A stretch of DNA of 64,000 nucleotides, taken from contig NC_090596.1 in assembly GCF_000497125.1 (NCBI RefSeq), positions 186,001 through 250,000 on the forward strand. Reading direction: 5' to 3'. Both the position numbers and the translations under genes were made by a program. Below the pieces are notes generated by a model that saw only the letters and a list, made by a program, of their open reading frames with translations, was not told the origin of the DNA and made no database searches. Shown in pieces: positions 26,701 to 40,323 of this stretch. How positions within the stretch are numbered: position 1 is the first letter of the stretch; the number at the start of each line of letters is the position of its first letter. The stretch is from Spironucleus salmonicida (lineage: Eukaryota).

Positions 26701-27859
26701 TAATTGCAATATATTTATTACTATTTTCTGGAGCCTTAGTTATTTACGCAAATAATTATTGTTTTTGATTAATTTACATTGTATTAATTTATTTTTATAA
26801 TAACTCAAAAAATTAAATAGTATAAAGGTAATTCGAAGATATCTCATTTATTATAGCCAAAGGTATTAATTTAAAGGCTGATTTACTAATATTATAATAG
26901 CTGAATGCCATAATGTCATGATTTTTCTAAAAATATTATAAATCAAGCATTTACTAAGTAAACTCTGAGTAAATTAAAATATTAAGTACTGTATTATAAA
27001 TATTTTCAGAACTATAGTTTTCAGTAATTTAATACATTATATCAATCATAGACTGTTCTTAAAACCCAGAATTAACAGCATAATGTAAAAACAGAGATAT
27101 CTATTATGGATCTTCCTAAAATAAAACATTAGATAAAAATATCTACCATTTGGAATGCAAAGTACCTGTTGGTCTGCGTATAGCTAAAATAAGAACTTTA
27201 CAAAGGAATAGAGAATCAGCTTTAAACTAAGAATAATCTAGTAAATATCCTCTTCGTATCGTATATGCTAAGACATCAGCTATAAGATATTGCTGTACAT
27301 CATTTTTATTTAATTTCTGTGTAAGCATGAACTCAAAAAATATAAAATAGCTATTATCTTCAAATTTTGTAAATTAAATACACTAAATTAAACACTACAT
27401 AGCACAATAGTAAAGTTCCATATTTTCACAAATTAAATCCAGCCTAAGTAACTAGGTTATTTTATGAATTAGTTAATCTTCTCCAATATCTCTAACTAAA
27501 TCAGGCAAAAGTTGACAAATAGCATGATATGCGTCAAATGTTAGCTCCGGATTATCATCATTTGTAAATAACGATTGAATAATATTTTAAATTTTTAAAA
27601 GTATTTCATCTTTTAAAAGTAATACTTGTTCTAAGAGCAGATACTAAGTTTCTGACTCTTATTATAAACATAATAGTGGAAAATATGGTGTTCTATCTGT
27701 CCAATATGTAAGAGTCTGGTGAAATAAAGAAAATCCTACATCAGGCAATATTGAAAGTTTTTAAGAAACTGAACTGGATTATTTTTCCAACTGATCTAAA
27801 ATTTCTAAGGGTTTAAGCTTTCTGTTTTTGTGTAAAGCTAAAGTATGTCTTTGAAGCAT
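20711..27859 (-). CDS. UTP20: UTP20 (U3 snoRNP / small-subunit processome HEAT-repeat protein), ~2382 aa
   Basis: Same frame at all sampled points; N-terminal SLFHQTLTYW...LEQVLLLKDEI...AYHAICQLLPDLVRDIG and internal KEIEVRSLAVESLKIIVKYCG resemble UTP20 conserved blocks; size fits. Confidence 0.85.
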
Positions 27860-27904
27860 CAAGAAGTGAAAAATAGAAAGTTATTATAATATTATATAAA
27901 AGAA

Positions 27905-30172
27905 TCAAATATCATTAATGCATTCAAATAATGGTTCAACTAGAATATCTATATTATTTCTTTAATCCATATACATCCAACCAGGTGCAATACAATTATA
28001 AGTTTTACCCCTAATAGGCTGAAATATTTTATACGTCCCTACATATTAATCATCATCAGTTAATTCATTTGCTTTTATATTATTTATTTTTTCGTAAAAA
28101 ACTAGTTCGCATTTACAAATCTATCCTATTATCGATAAATAAAAATATGAAAATGTGAGCTCTATATTTTCTAACAACGAATCCATAATATTTATTTTTT
28201 ATTTTTTCAGTGTGCCATATCTATTACTTGAGATCTTTGGAACATTATCTGGTCTATTTTAAATGAAGTATTTCTATAAACATAATATGAACGATTTCTC
28301 TACTTATGGTGACCATTAAGATACCAGCTCATTAATCATCCCTTATATAAATTACTATACACTAAATTAATATTATTAATGATAAACTTTAAAATAATCT
28401 TCAACAAATAAGAAGCTTGGAATCACACCTAAAATGGGAAGAATATTATGTTAAGATATAAATTAAAGCAACCCATCTTCTTTTGTAATAAATTACTATG
28501 CTGTATTATAGATGCATATATACATATTATATGGTATTATTTTTTGTGTGTTTTAGAACATAACTTTAAGACAGTTTAAGTGATTTTTTATTTGTGGAAT
28601 ATCAACAATCGAAGATATAGCAAATGCATCTTATTTCTTTATAGATTAATTTAATTTAATAAGTACAGATTCATCTATTTTTAGCATCATTTTATCTTAG
28701 ATATCTTTAGTTAATTTATCTATTTATCCTTATATTTCCATTTTATATATGTTTAATATATTTTCTACCATACAATTCGTTTTAGTATTGAGGGCCTCGT
28801 GTTAAAGATCTAATGATGACTAAAATTTATTTTTTAAATCTTCATATAAGATATCCCCAAACTATTAGAAATCATATGTAATTTTAATGCATTCTTCTTT
28901 TTTCTTAGTAAAATTCAAATCCTCAAACGCCAATTAGTTAAATAGTTTGATACAGTTTTATAATTATTTATTCATTTCAGTTTCCTGGTTTTATAATTTT
29001 TTAAAAATAATATCAAAATCTTCATGTAAATCATTTTGCTTGTAAAGTAATACTAAATGAATCTTATCAATATTTAATTTATATAATTGTAATAGCTTTG
29101 ATTTCCAACTATAAAGACTATCAAATAGTTACTAGACAAATTGCTAAATCTCATGTATCAATTAGCTTGCAAATTGTTTATTAATTTAAATATGTTAATT
29201 TAGAATATTATTATACTAGTCAATAAAGTCTACTATTTGTAAAGAAAATCCAGGAAAACAATTAGTCTTTAAATATTCATTGAATATAAAATCTAACCTT
29301 ATTAGAGGATCGACTATTACTTCTGTCTATAATTTTTCACCTTCGTCAATTCTGGATAATATATCAGTTTATGTCTGGATTAATTAATCCCTAAACTACA
29401 CATAAATTTAAGTATACTATGGAAGATTGATTAAACTATCTTTTTTTTCATCATTATATTTTTAGTTTGGTTAATAATTTTTAAATAAGCCTGTTAATAA
29501 GCTATTCAGCTTGGTTAAGTACTTACTATCAAAATCCTTTGGTAAATAATCAATAAATATAAAATTTCTTTTGTCTTTAATTAAAAATTCTTCCCTTAAC
29601 AGAAGTTCTATACAACGTTTACGCCCAAATTTAGCAGCATACATTAATGCAGTACAACCATCCATGTCTTAAATGCCGACTTCTATATCTCTTAACACTT
29701 ATACACATTTATCATGACCTAAAGCTGCCGCCAACATTAATGATGTCGTTCCTCTCGAGTCTTACACCCCCGCACAGCGCTAAATTATTTGATTTTTGAA
29801 ATATCCTTCTGCTAGATTAATATTCCCAGCTACTGCATAATGCAACAATGTTTTGCCACTTGAGTCTCTATCCATGGCAAATTATGGTTGTTTCATTGAG
29901 TAATGCCATTGTGCCCCATTAAGAAAAACTTATGCCATAAATGAATTTACTCTAGATGTAGTTTAAAGCTTTGGATATAACTATAAAAATTTAAATTTAT
30001 TGTTTTACTTCATAGCAACAATAAGGGGAGATTCCCCGAATTAATCATTCAGATCTTAAGCATATGGATCAAATACAAAAAAGTTAGGATTTTATTAAGA
30101 TTAAGGTCGTGCATTTTTTATTTTTTATTTCGATAGTGCTGTCAAAGATCTTCTTGGTTGCATTTATGACAT
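27905..30172 (-). CDS. Ankyrin-repeat protein (protein 21.1-like), 755 aa
   Basis: Repeats DSSGKTLLHYAVAG, DSRGTTSLMLAAALGHDKCVQVL, EVGIQDMDGCTALMYAAKFGRKRCIELLL; single open frame to TGA at 27905-27907. Confidence 0.85.
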
Positions 30173-30205
30173 TTTGAAAAACTAATATAGAATTAGTATA
30201 TAATA

Positions 30206-31651
30206 TCACTTTAATTTAATAATTTAAATTTTTTTATTAGACCAGATCATAAAACTCTGATTATACTAATCTATTCCAAAGTATTCAGGGCCGATATATA
30301 GAGATTTAATTATTTTATTTTTATGCTATATTAAATCCCCATCTTTGGTAATAAAAGCTATATAATTAGATGTATATAAAAATGTATGATATGACTATGG
30401 TACTCCATTGAATAGACAGTCTTTATTTATATATGCATTATATACAAGAAGCTTATAACTAATATCTGTTTTTAACTGTTAATTAATATAATTATTTTCA
30501 TAACTAGATAAATTATTTATATCTGACGTAAATAGATCTAGAACATTACCTTTTTTGTAAGTATTTGTTATAATAGTAATTTAAAATATACCTGTTAACA
30601 TTGAAAAACACTATAGTGTTATGTTATTATTATTCTTTGATACTAATTTTATATCATTAATATCGTCTGAAAATAAATCACAATCATTTTACCCTATGGT
30701 AGATTTAAATATATTATTATTAAATAGACTTTCTTGTAACCAGGTAGATTATTTTAGACCCAAAATTCGATCAACAGGATAAACTGTAATAAATGTATTA
30801 GTTTTTATACAATTAGAAATTCCTATTTGCGGAAATTAATAGTAGACTATCTCAGGTATATTACCACCAATAATCAATTCAATATTTTCATCAGAAGATA
30901 CATCTAAAATAATATTATAGCCCCATTAGTTTTATTATGTGGTTTCAGCTACATTATATTCAGCATATAACGATAATAGTGACGGGAGTGCATTATTTCC
31001 GTAATAATCTGAGTCTTATAGACCTAATATTTTAATAATATCAAATTTATCTTTGCTGTTTAGTGTTTTACAGTAGTCACAAATATATTCATTATTTAAC
31101 TAAGCTAACTTTTTAATTGAAGACTGACCGAATTTTTCCTCATTTTCATCTAAAAAATCTGTATATAAATCAATGTTCACTGCACATTCACAATGTTAAA
31201 AATACTTTTAAATTTAAAGAACATTTGGAACAAGACCTAGTAATTAACATAATTTTTAACCTGTTTAAATGCTAAACATATTTAACTATGAATTATTAAA
31301 AACTAAAAAGTATCCAGACTAAATAGCAAAGATATCATAAGTTGAAAAGTCTAATTAGATAGATTATCTTGGATGAGGAGCAATTTTAAAAATTTTATTA
31401 TCAAACGCAAATATCTAAACATTCATACTAGTAGTAAGAACAATTATGAATGTTTGATTCTAGTAATCTACTACTCTTGTTTATTGAATTTAAGCATTAA
31501 AATCTAAATGCGAAATAATCGAAAATGGATTATTCTATAGAATAAGTAATGAAAATTCTAATTATAATAAGAAATTATTATCTGAAAGTTTTAATGGCGT
31601 TGTATCTATTACTTTAAGGAAATCCAAGTCTAATGTTGAAATTACTTCCAT
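30206..31651 (-). CDS. Hypothetical protein, 481 aa (beta-strand-rich, possibly propeller-like)
   Basis: MEVISTLDLDFLK...QIIKLK* fills the gap with 33-34 bp spacers; ends AAG-TGA; contains a CEC...CDYC cluster. Confidence 0.75.
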
Positions 31652-31685
31652 AATATAAATACTTCTATATTATATAAAAATTAAA

Positions 31686-34178
31686 TCAGCCAAATAAAGT
31701 AGCCAAACTTTTTTTCATTTCATTCGAATCCTCTTAGATGCTTTATTCAAAAAATTGATACAAGGCCGGGCTTAAAGTGCATAACTACTCATAAATCGAA
31801 TAAGCCTCCATACACTAATTCATAATTTCCTATAATTAGACTCGCAAATCAATACTCACAATATTAAGATTCATATGTGATGATCTAATATTATTTATGT
31901 ATATTAAAAATTTTTTAAGCTATTTTTAAATAGTACTTGCAAGCTTCTTGCTTTTAAGTTTACTGTTTGACTTTCCACTAATAGATTTTTAAGAAAGCGA
32001 TGAGTAATCAGTAGCTGCTTAGGACTCTGATTGCGAGTCATCTAGTAAATTTTCATCTGCAAAGCTATCATTGATACTTTATGAGTTTTAATGGTTAGTT
32101 TTCTATATTTTAAATGTAACAAGTTATTATTATATTTCTTTATTATCTTAATCAGAAATAAGATTCATTTGGAACCATTTATTAAATTAATAAGTTATTT
32201 AATCAATAAGTGTAGAAGTGCCTAATGCCAATCTAGGAGGCGACCAAATCTCTTATTTATATGCCATAATCAAATCTGATGTTACCTATTTTATGTAATC
32301 TTTGAACTATTATGATATAACAAGGCAAAGCTCATTTGTTTAGTTGCTAATAAAATCATTTATAAACCCAAGGCTATTCAGTAATTATAGGATTTTAGTA
32401 GTTGGAGCTTAGTTACCATTTTATACAGTGAATATAAATTTTACTAGATAATATAGGTATATATCCATCTTATTCAATGGTTTAAATGAGGTTAATTTGT
32501 AAGAAAATATTATAGTATCATCTTTAAATATAAACTTATCAGGTTTAATATGTTAATATTTATCATCTATATACTCGATTGCCTTCGATTTCTATTTAAG
32601 AAGTAAAATTATTTTAGCATTTTTATTAATTTAGGTTAAACTATTTAAAACAACAATAATTTAGTCTATAACCATACTAGAATTATTTGCTTGATACTTA
32701 GATGGAAATAATTAACTTTCAAGATCAGAATATAACCTATCTGTTACTTGTTGAAGTACAGTAAAAACATAAATCATTTAAAATTCTAATATTTCTAATG
32801 GTGATTGTATTCTTTTCGGTACCTAATATTAACTAATATAGTTATTAGAATCCAGAAATTTGACATCAGTTTATCTTATTACATTATTTTGTATTAAAAA
32901 GGCTAGATGATTTAGTTCTTGAAATATTTCTAACCCTTAAAACAAATACAAATGATTAGATGAAATAGATAGGGAAAATTCAAATATAAAAGAGCTTAAA
33001 TAAATAAATGAAGGATAATAAACTTCATAAATAGAAATCTCGACCATACTATTAACATATTGAATATCTAAACCACTTTAACTAAAAAGCTTAATAAATT
33101 ATTATTTTTATTACATCAAGTTTAATAAAAATTCAGCTATTATAATAATTAAGGGATGCTAATTATTATTATAAATTTATTTTGGAAATTATTTCATTAG
33201 ATTATCTGGTATACCCTTAAATAATTTTGCATAAGTATATTTTGATTTATTTTTAATATCTTCTTTCACAATACCTTCAAATTTTAAATTTAATTAATTA
33301 TTATAATCTGATGCTGATACTTAGTATAATTTTGCATTCTATTCTTTAGCGATAGCTAAACTAAACTATTTAAACTAAACTATAGCCAAATTTTATTTTC
33401 TCTCCTTTTCAGAATATTATAAATCCAATGGAAGATACTCTTTCATGTATGATAAATTTCGAGCTAATATTAATCCATCACATATTGTAAACTAGCTGAT
33501 ATCTTTTAGAACATTATTCTATCTAATTAAAATAAATTATTATAACAATATCGGAAATATCTATTTACTTTACATAATTTTCTCTAAAAATAACATTCCT
33601 TAAACATAACTACATTCAGTGGCAGATTTACTTTAATTAAACTTTTCCTAATATGAGAAGAAATGTTATTATTTTTATTGTTAGGTTTAGAATGAGACAA
33701 ATTATTCTTAGAGAATAAGTGTGTTGTTAATCATATACTTTGATAGATCTATTTTAAAATAGGTAAGTTGAAGTTAGTTGAGATATGTCATAGTTCTATC
33801 TTATAAATTAGTGTCAATTTTTTAAATAAGATTTGTAAAAACTGATTGAAAATTATAATTAAAATAATCTCGCAATTTAATAATATTCTAACATAAATCT
33901 GTATATTAAAATTCAGTTTTATTCTAATCAGATAGTTCAATTAATAACTACATAATATTTCCTTCGCATTATTATAGCTAGATAAGTTACTATGTTACTT
34001 AAGCATAATTGTCATTTTTTATTGCAGATTAATTTTCGTTATAACACAATTATGTTGTTATATGGCTTAATTAATCTAATTAATTATCCATATTATCTAA
34101 ATAAGCTACCAAATTCTCAGTATATTTTACTTAATCTTGAATGATGGTATTCGTAAAATCATCATTTTAGAAGCTCAT
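31686..34178 (-). CDS. Alpha-helical protein, 830 aa, tentatively COG3-like tethering subunit
   Basis: MSFQNDDFTN...LATLFG*; N-terminal coiled coil with LCQNIIKLRDYFN and VLQQVTDRLY weakly recall COG3 motifs. The ORF is solid; the function is uncertain. Confidence 0.5.
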
Positions 34179-34230
34179 TTTTAACCTACTTGCCAATTAT
34201 TTTATAGTAATATATAAATTATATACAAAA

Positions 34231-34563
34231 ATGGACTCAGAGTCATCTCTTTATAGATTCATAGCGCATCATCCAGATAAGCATTCGAAATTGACATAAC
34301 TATAGAAATTAATTGAATATTGTATAGATGTTCAACGTCCACCATAATTTTCATAAGATTTGCCGTTGTAAACTATTTTTTATGAACAAAACAACTCGTG
34401 GCAGAGAACTTATCCAAATGAAGAAATAACAATTTAAGACGAGGATACACCGTTTTTATCAAATATCACAAATAGCTTTAAGCGTGATTTTTACTAGACT
34501 CTGGAGAATCGCTAAGAAAACGCGATTTTCATTCATGGGGTACATCTACAGCCACTTTAATGA
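34231..34563 (+). CDS. Hypothetical protein, 110 aa
   Basis: MDSESSLYRFIAHHPDKH...HGVHLQPLQ* exactly fills the gap between two minus-strand genes (52 and 11 bp spacers). Confidence 0.7.
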
Positions 34564-34574
34564 ATTATAATGCT

Positions 34575-37500
34575 TCACTCAATTTTAACAGAAATTTTGA
34601 CAGACCCTTCTGCATCAAAAGTTGATATTTGATCGCCTGTAACGAAAATATCAAAAACATGCTTAGAATGCGAATTGGAAAACCCATATACAGAAAGCAC
34701 GAAATTGATAAGCTAGAAAGTATCTAAACTATATAAATGGAAATAACTACCAGCTAGTTTTGCAAGAACTTTTTCTGATAAACAGAACTGAATTTGGACA
34801 TCTTCACCTAAAAAGAAACCTCCAGTTTCGAAAATAGGTATTTTATCGCTGATAATAACAAATTTATTGTTTATCTTGAAGGCCAGCTATGCCTTTTTAC
34901 CGATAAAAATGAAATCTAAACCGTAGTTCAGACTACGTAAAATTTTAAGAATTTATAGTAAAATTTTCGCCTTTTTAACATACATTTTCTCTGCAGAATT
35001 TTGATATTATTATAATTACTCTGGCTTAATACTTTGAAGAAACAAGCTTTTTGTTAAAACTTGTGTGGATGATATAAAACGTATTGAAGAAATGGAATAA
35101 AGGAGAGAGTTTTTACATGACTAATCATTCACAATAGACTAGTCAAAGGCATTTATACCAAAATCATGAATGTGAAGAGATGAAAGCGAAATTTTATTGT
35201 TATGTGAAAATGAGGTCAGATAAGAGTAGAAATACAGAGGATTAGTGATTGCATAAAGGTCATCTGCTGGATAAATTGCTAATTTTGACTACTTTGCGGT
35301 TAGAAGAGAAAATTCTGGAACAAGTTTTGGTAATTTAATTTGCTTAAAAGGAAAATCAAAAACAAATAGAGTTTCATTTTAGGTATAAACCCATAAACCT
35401 TCAGTATCAAAATATCCTGAAAGTGAGTATTCAGGATTGGTAATTATTTCATATTTAACGAAACTTTTATGGACTGTAATAATATTGTCTAAAGATGGAT
35501 TTTCAATATCACTTATAATTGAGCCTAGAGATATATAATCTTATTCACAAATGATGTTATAACAGTATATTTTTTAATCTTAATTAATACAGCCTTTTAA
35601 TTACAAACGCTTAGCTTTTGCAAACATACCATTAATACTAAATTAACCACTAAATTTTGTTGCAACAAGGATTTTTGACATACTTCCCAAAATTTATTCT
35701 TATTATATTTCTGGCTCCTATTAATCAGGATTCTCAATTTATCCATCTGGTAAGTCTAGTTCTTATTTTTTTGGGTCATATTCGGAGATATATGTATGAA
35801 ATTACGAAAATTCTTAATCTATAACATTACTAAATTTAAATTTATTTAATAGTGATCCAGACTGTACTTAGACTTCTAAAATATTTTTATTAATAACTCG
35901 TTATTCGATAATTGATTTGTCAAATTTTACACTTTTACCAGAATAAATAAGTTGTGTAGCTAGTCCTTCTTATGTTATATGCGCCTAAAATACATTATCT
36001 TTCAATATAGATATATACATATCAGTAAAAGATGTAATGTTATTCATTAAGTAAAATACTTTAAGCTAAGACAATTAACACTACTGTGTTCCATATGGTA
36101 ATATAGGTTGAACTATACTCCAATCTTCATTAAGATTCAAAAATCTTTTGACTCTGATTTAATTAACAAAAGAAGAGTTTATACAAGCATATTTAGATTT
36201 ATCAAAAGGAGTATCTCCATGGTGAACTACGTCAGACAATGATGCAAATCCATAAGGTGCAATAAGTTTAATAAATTATGTTCTATTTTTGCCAATACCA
36301 CTTTAATACACTATTTCGAAAGCTTATGGTTCTGAAATAGCACCACTATCAAATGCGTGTCCATTGGATATAAAAGACCATTCTATAGGAATATCTTGAG
36401 GAATTTAATTATCAATACATTAAACTTTTAACTAATCATTTTTCTCCACTTCAGTATTTCTATTTGGTGTTTTAGCCCGAGGTTCTTATTTAGGTTAATT
36501 ATATTATTTCGAAAAATCGAATTAATCAATTTCTTTATGAGAATAAATGTTAAAGATTTATTAATAACTATCTTTTTTTAATTCCTATTAAAAGAAAGAC
36601 AATTCTACACTTTATATATCTACTTTAGTAGATAATTATAATTATTTCTCTTATCTGATTCCTTTCACTAGTGATTTTTAAGACACTGCAGTATTTATAT
36701 TTAGCATCACCATTACTAATGGATGAATAATAGGATAACCTGATTCTCTTTCTAATAATACTGCTCCATAGCTTTACCGAGGAGTGACAAGCTAAATCGT
36801 TTTCAAGTCTATTTATCCCAATTCATTATACTTTCTTGTCTTTTCTAAGCAATCTAAAGAGTCATCTACATCGATCTACTAATAGTCATATATATAAGAT
36901 GCTGTATTTATATCATACATTTTACCGACCTAATCACAATGAGATGTGTACATTAGTAATTTTTTACTAACAGTAACGTATTCGTGTTACGGATATATAT
37001 CATTAGATAAAATAAGACTCAACGATTCATAGCCAGGTGGAGCAACTGGTTGTAAAATAAATAAGTAGTCTTCCTTTTAGCTTTGTGCAGGAGGTGTTAA
37101 TGATGTGATACCAACTAAATTATATGAAATTGCAGGAGCAAATAAATGTGACTCTTCAAACTAAAGGCATTTATGTGTAGATAATTAAATTCCTATACCA
37201 CTTTAAGCTACCCTACATTTAATATTACGCATGTTATCATTATCATCGTCTTATGGTTCTATAATCTCTAAATATTCTTTTTTCTGTGTGATACTTAATA
37301 ATGGCAGTGATAATTCTTCGCCATCAACTAATTTTATAAGCGAAACAATACTACCAATATCTTAAAAATCTTGTAGCTATGATATGTCTTCTAATACAAC
37401 TTCATTAATTGAAGGAACTTTTGAATCAATGTTAAAATGATGTTAGAAACTTTTTAATAGTGTTGTATACTTTCCATAAGGATTAAAAATTGTGATCTCT

Positions 37501-37880
37501 ATGTTCTCTTACTCAAAGTTAATAAAATCCTGAGATATACAAAAATAATTATCTGGAATATCATATACAGACTATGCTGCAACTAAACTTAAGCTGATAA
37601 AACCTGGTGGGGGAATAGCCTTATAAAATGTTACTTTTGTGTTTGATTTAAATTCATTCATATCAAAAACTGGCTCATAGCTTATAGGCTTTTGAAAAAG
37701 CTTTGACTAAACTAAGGAAGTAGTTACTACACAAGAAATACCATCGACTTCAGATGGATCCAAGCAAAATAAATCTCCAAAAAATCCATACTACGTTATT
37801 GGTCTAAAAATATAAAAATCTTAGTCTGTTATATTGCCATCTAAATGAAATTTCTAATAAGTAAGTTAGGATATTTACAT
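34575..37880 (-). CDS. Protein with repeated Vps62-like/beta-tripod (PPPGF/Y) modules, 1101 aa
   Basis: Open frame checked across nearly all lines; motifs FYIFRP...FGD, FYKAIPPPGFISLSLV, LQPVAPPGYESLSLI, IKLIAPYGFASLSDVV, DYISLGSII. Confidence 0.7.
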
Positions 37881-37981
37881 TCCGCAATTTTAGGAAATGT
37901 AATTAATATTATAATATATTACAATTTATATACTTATAATATTTTTATATATTATATTATATAAAAAATTTCATTCAATAA

Positions 37982-39103
37982 ATGCTGATTTTGCTTTTTG
38001 ATGTTTTTGGCCCCACAGTTACAAGAACTAATTATCCAGCTTACATTTGTTACGAATAACTAGATGTTATTACTCCAGATGATATATTATATAATATAAA
38101 TTTTGTAGCAAACAATTAATAGCTTGCTTAGTCTAATGTATCATATGTAAATCAAAATGATAAGACATTTTAGGCGTTAATAAAGGATGATTAATATTGT
38201 TAAACTATATAATTTAATTAATATTAGATATTCTTTTTTTATACGTTTAAAAAGGTTTGCTTATTATTTTGTAATTTTGTGTCAAACCCCGGAATTATTT
38301 AATATTAATTTACAATGAAGACGGTTGATTTCTTTTCTGTATTGAGAGTTTCAGACTATGAAATTAAAGATTATTTAGGAAATATTAGATATCTTAAAGA
38401 TATAGAAACCTCGTATATACCAGCATTATTTACAAAGAGTGCATTGCTTTAATTATTTTTCATTGATGTTTCTGGTGCATTTATTATACCTGATATGTTC
38501 TAGATTTAATTTGATAATAATCGTGTATTAGATATCAATCCAGCCAATCGAAATGTTCGAGTTTAAATTGATACATCTTATTATATTGGTGGAGTATAAG
38601 TTATTTTAGATAAAGTTAGCATTAGCTTAGACGATGTTAATATTAGGCCATATTATGTTTAACTATATATTGGGATTATATCAATTTTTCTCCTTATTAC
38701 TACATATGTTATTATTAGAGTTAACTTTTCCAAAATTTAATAACTTATAGGATATAAAGCTTCCTCTATTTTAGCTATTTTTCTTAATAAATAAACAGAA
38801 TCGATGATATTAAAGTCCTAGGAACATTTCATATAATAACAATTTAAATTTAATGAGTTAAATTAAATTCAAAAGTAGGTTTTTGTATAACGAGATAAAG
38901 AAATAATTGATATTGAAGTTGCAGACTCCCGCTCTTGTAATTTATTTACTGTTCCAGGAAAATTAGAGGATTTGTTTCCTCAATTTATTACATTAGAAGA
39001 AACATTTATGAGTATAGTCCATAAATAAAAAGATGAAATATCTCAACTTCCAGAAAATTAAGGTGTTTTCTCTCTAACTTAAGAAACAGATGATTATGAC
39101 TGA
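37982..39103 (+). CDS. Hypothetical single-pass membrane protein, 373 aa
   Basis: Open frame MLILLFDVFG...ETDDYD*; hydrophobic helix LYIGIISIFLLITTYVII near 38663-38716. Confidence 0.8.
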
Positions 39104-39113
39104 ATTATAAATT

Positions 39114-40256
39114 TCACTTATTCCACCACTTGGCTCCTACTTTAAATTTTGAGAGTCTAGGTTTTTTACCGCTTCTAAATTTACCGCTTACCTTCCCATT
39201 TTAATACATAATATTTAATTAATCTTCCATCCCAAGATTGTGACCCTATATAAGTCTAAGGCTTCCATGAAGTTCATCAGTAGTTGCAACACCATTATCA
39301 ATAATATTATTTGTTCCGCTAAATTTAAGAGATTCCACTAGTCTTTTCTATTTTAAAATTTCATTTAATTTTATAGTCTCGGTTACTTTTTCTGGTGTCC
39401 AAACTGATAAAAATTAACGTATTTCTGCTGATTATTTTCTTTAATCTTTTTTAATATCGTACTTAACTCTAAATTAAGGCAGCATTGCGTGTAATTCATT
39501 ATATAGTTCTTTTCTAAGTTTAAGATAAGAGTCGACAGAATCTTGATGATTTTCAGTATTATCTAATTATTCCTTTAAATTATTAAGTTATTTTAAATAT
39601 TTGGCTTCTTATTATCTATAGATCGCAAATTCAGCTTGACTTTAAGTAATTTCTACAGGTACAGCTTGAACGTCTACATAATTATCATCTAAAAGCTTTT
39701 CAAATATTTACTTACTTAAATAATTACGCTCTTTAAAAGATATCGAACGAGGAAGATTAGTAACTGCACTTTACTCTTTTATTTTTTCATCTAAAACATT
39801 GTTCAAGACTTAATTCAGCGCATTCTTATGAATACTTTTTTCGGGGTTATAAGAGATAGATGATACTGCTTGTACAGCTAATGTCATATCTTTATTTAAA
39901 ATCTATTTGGTGATAGAGCTTTATTTTGGTTAGAATGGATTTTAGGTAGCTTAAGTAGTCCAAATATCATACGGAGATATCGATGGTTACTGTACCCGTA
40001 AATTAGCTGTTGCTTTATTAATTTTTAATATTTCTTTATTTAAATTCTTAAATTCTCTATCTGTACTTCTTTCACTACGGATTTAATAGCTAACTTCGGG
40101 TAATTCTATACTCTATATTATTTTTGGAAGAATCACCTCATCTTCCCCAAACAGATCTACGGTTGTTGTTTTGATAATTTTTTCCTTCTTTTATTGCCTT
40201 TTTCCTTAAAGATTTTTCATTGACTTCAACCTAAGCTAAGAAAATCTTTTAGCCAT
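39114..40256 (-). CDS. NOP53: Ribosome biogenesis protein NOP53, 380 aa
   Basis: Basic N-terminus with DLFGED (AIM-like), YDIW, AVQAVSSISYNP, ELHGSLRLI and a basic C-terminus, typical of Nop53/GLTSCR2. Confidence 0.8.
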
Positions 40257-40323
40257 TTTAAAGAAGTGAAAAGAAAAAGGAATTTTTCATATAAGAGTAT
40301 AATAATTTATAAATAAAACTCTA

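Noticed and set aside
19795-27859. One giant frameshifted or intron-containing UTP20 gene
   Set aside because: The UTP20 frame ends at TGA 20711-20713. A separate gene starts at 20637 in another frame with its own upstream TCACTT motif.
34179-34577. Serial in-frame TGAs joining two minus-strand genes (readthrough or selenocysteine)
   Set aside because: The interval is explained by a clean 110-aa plus-strand gene; those TGAs lie antisense to it, and 34575 is a normal AGTGA stop.
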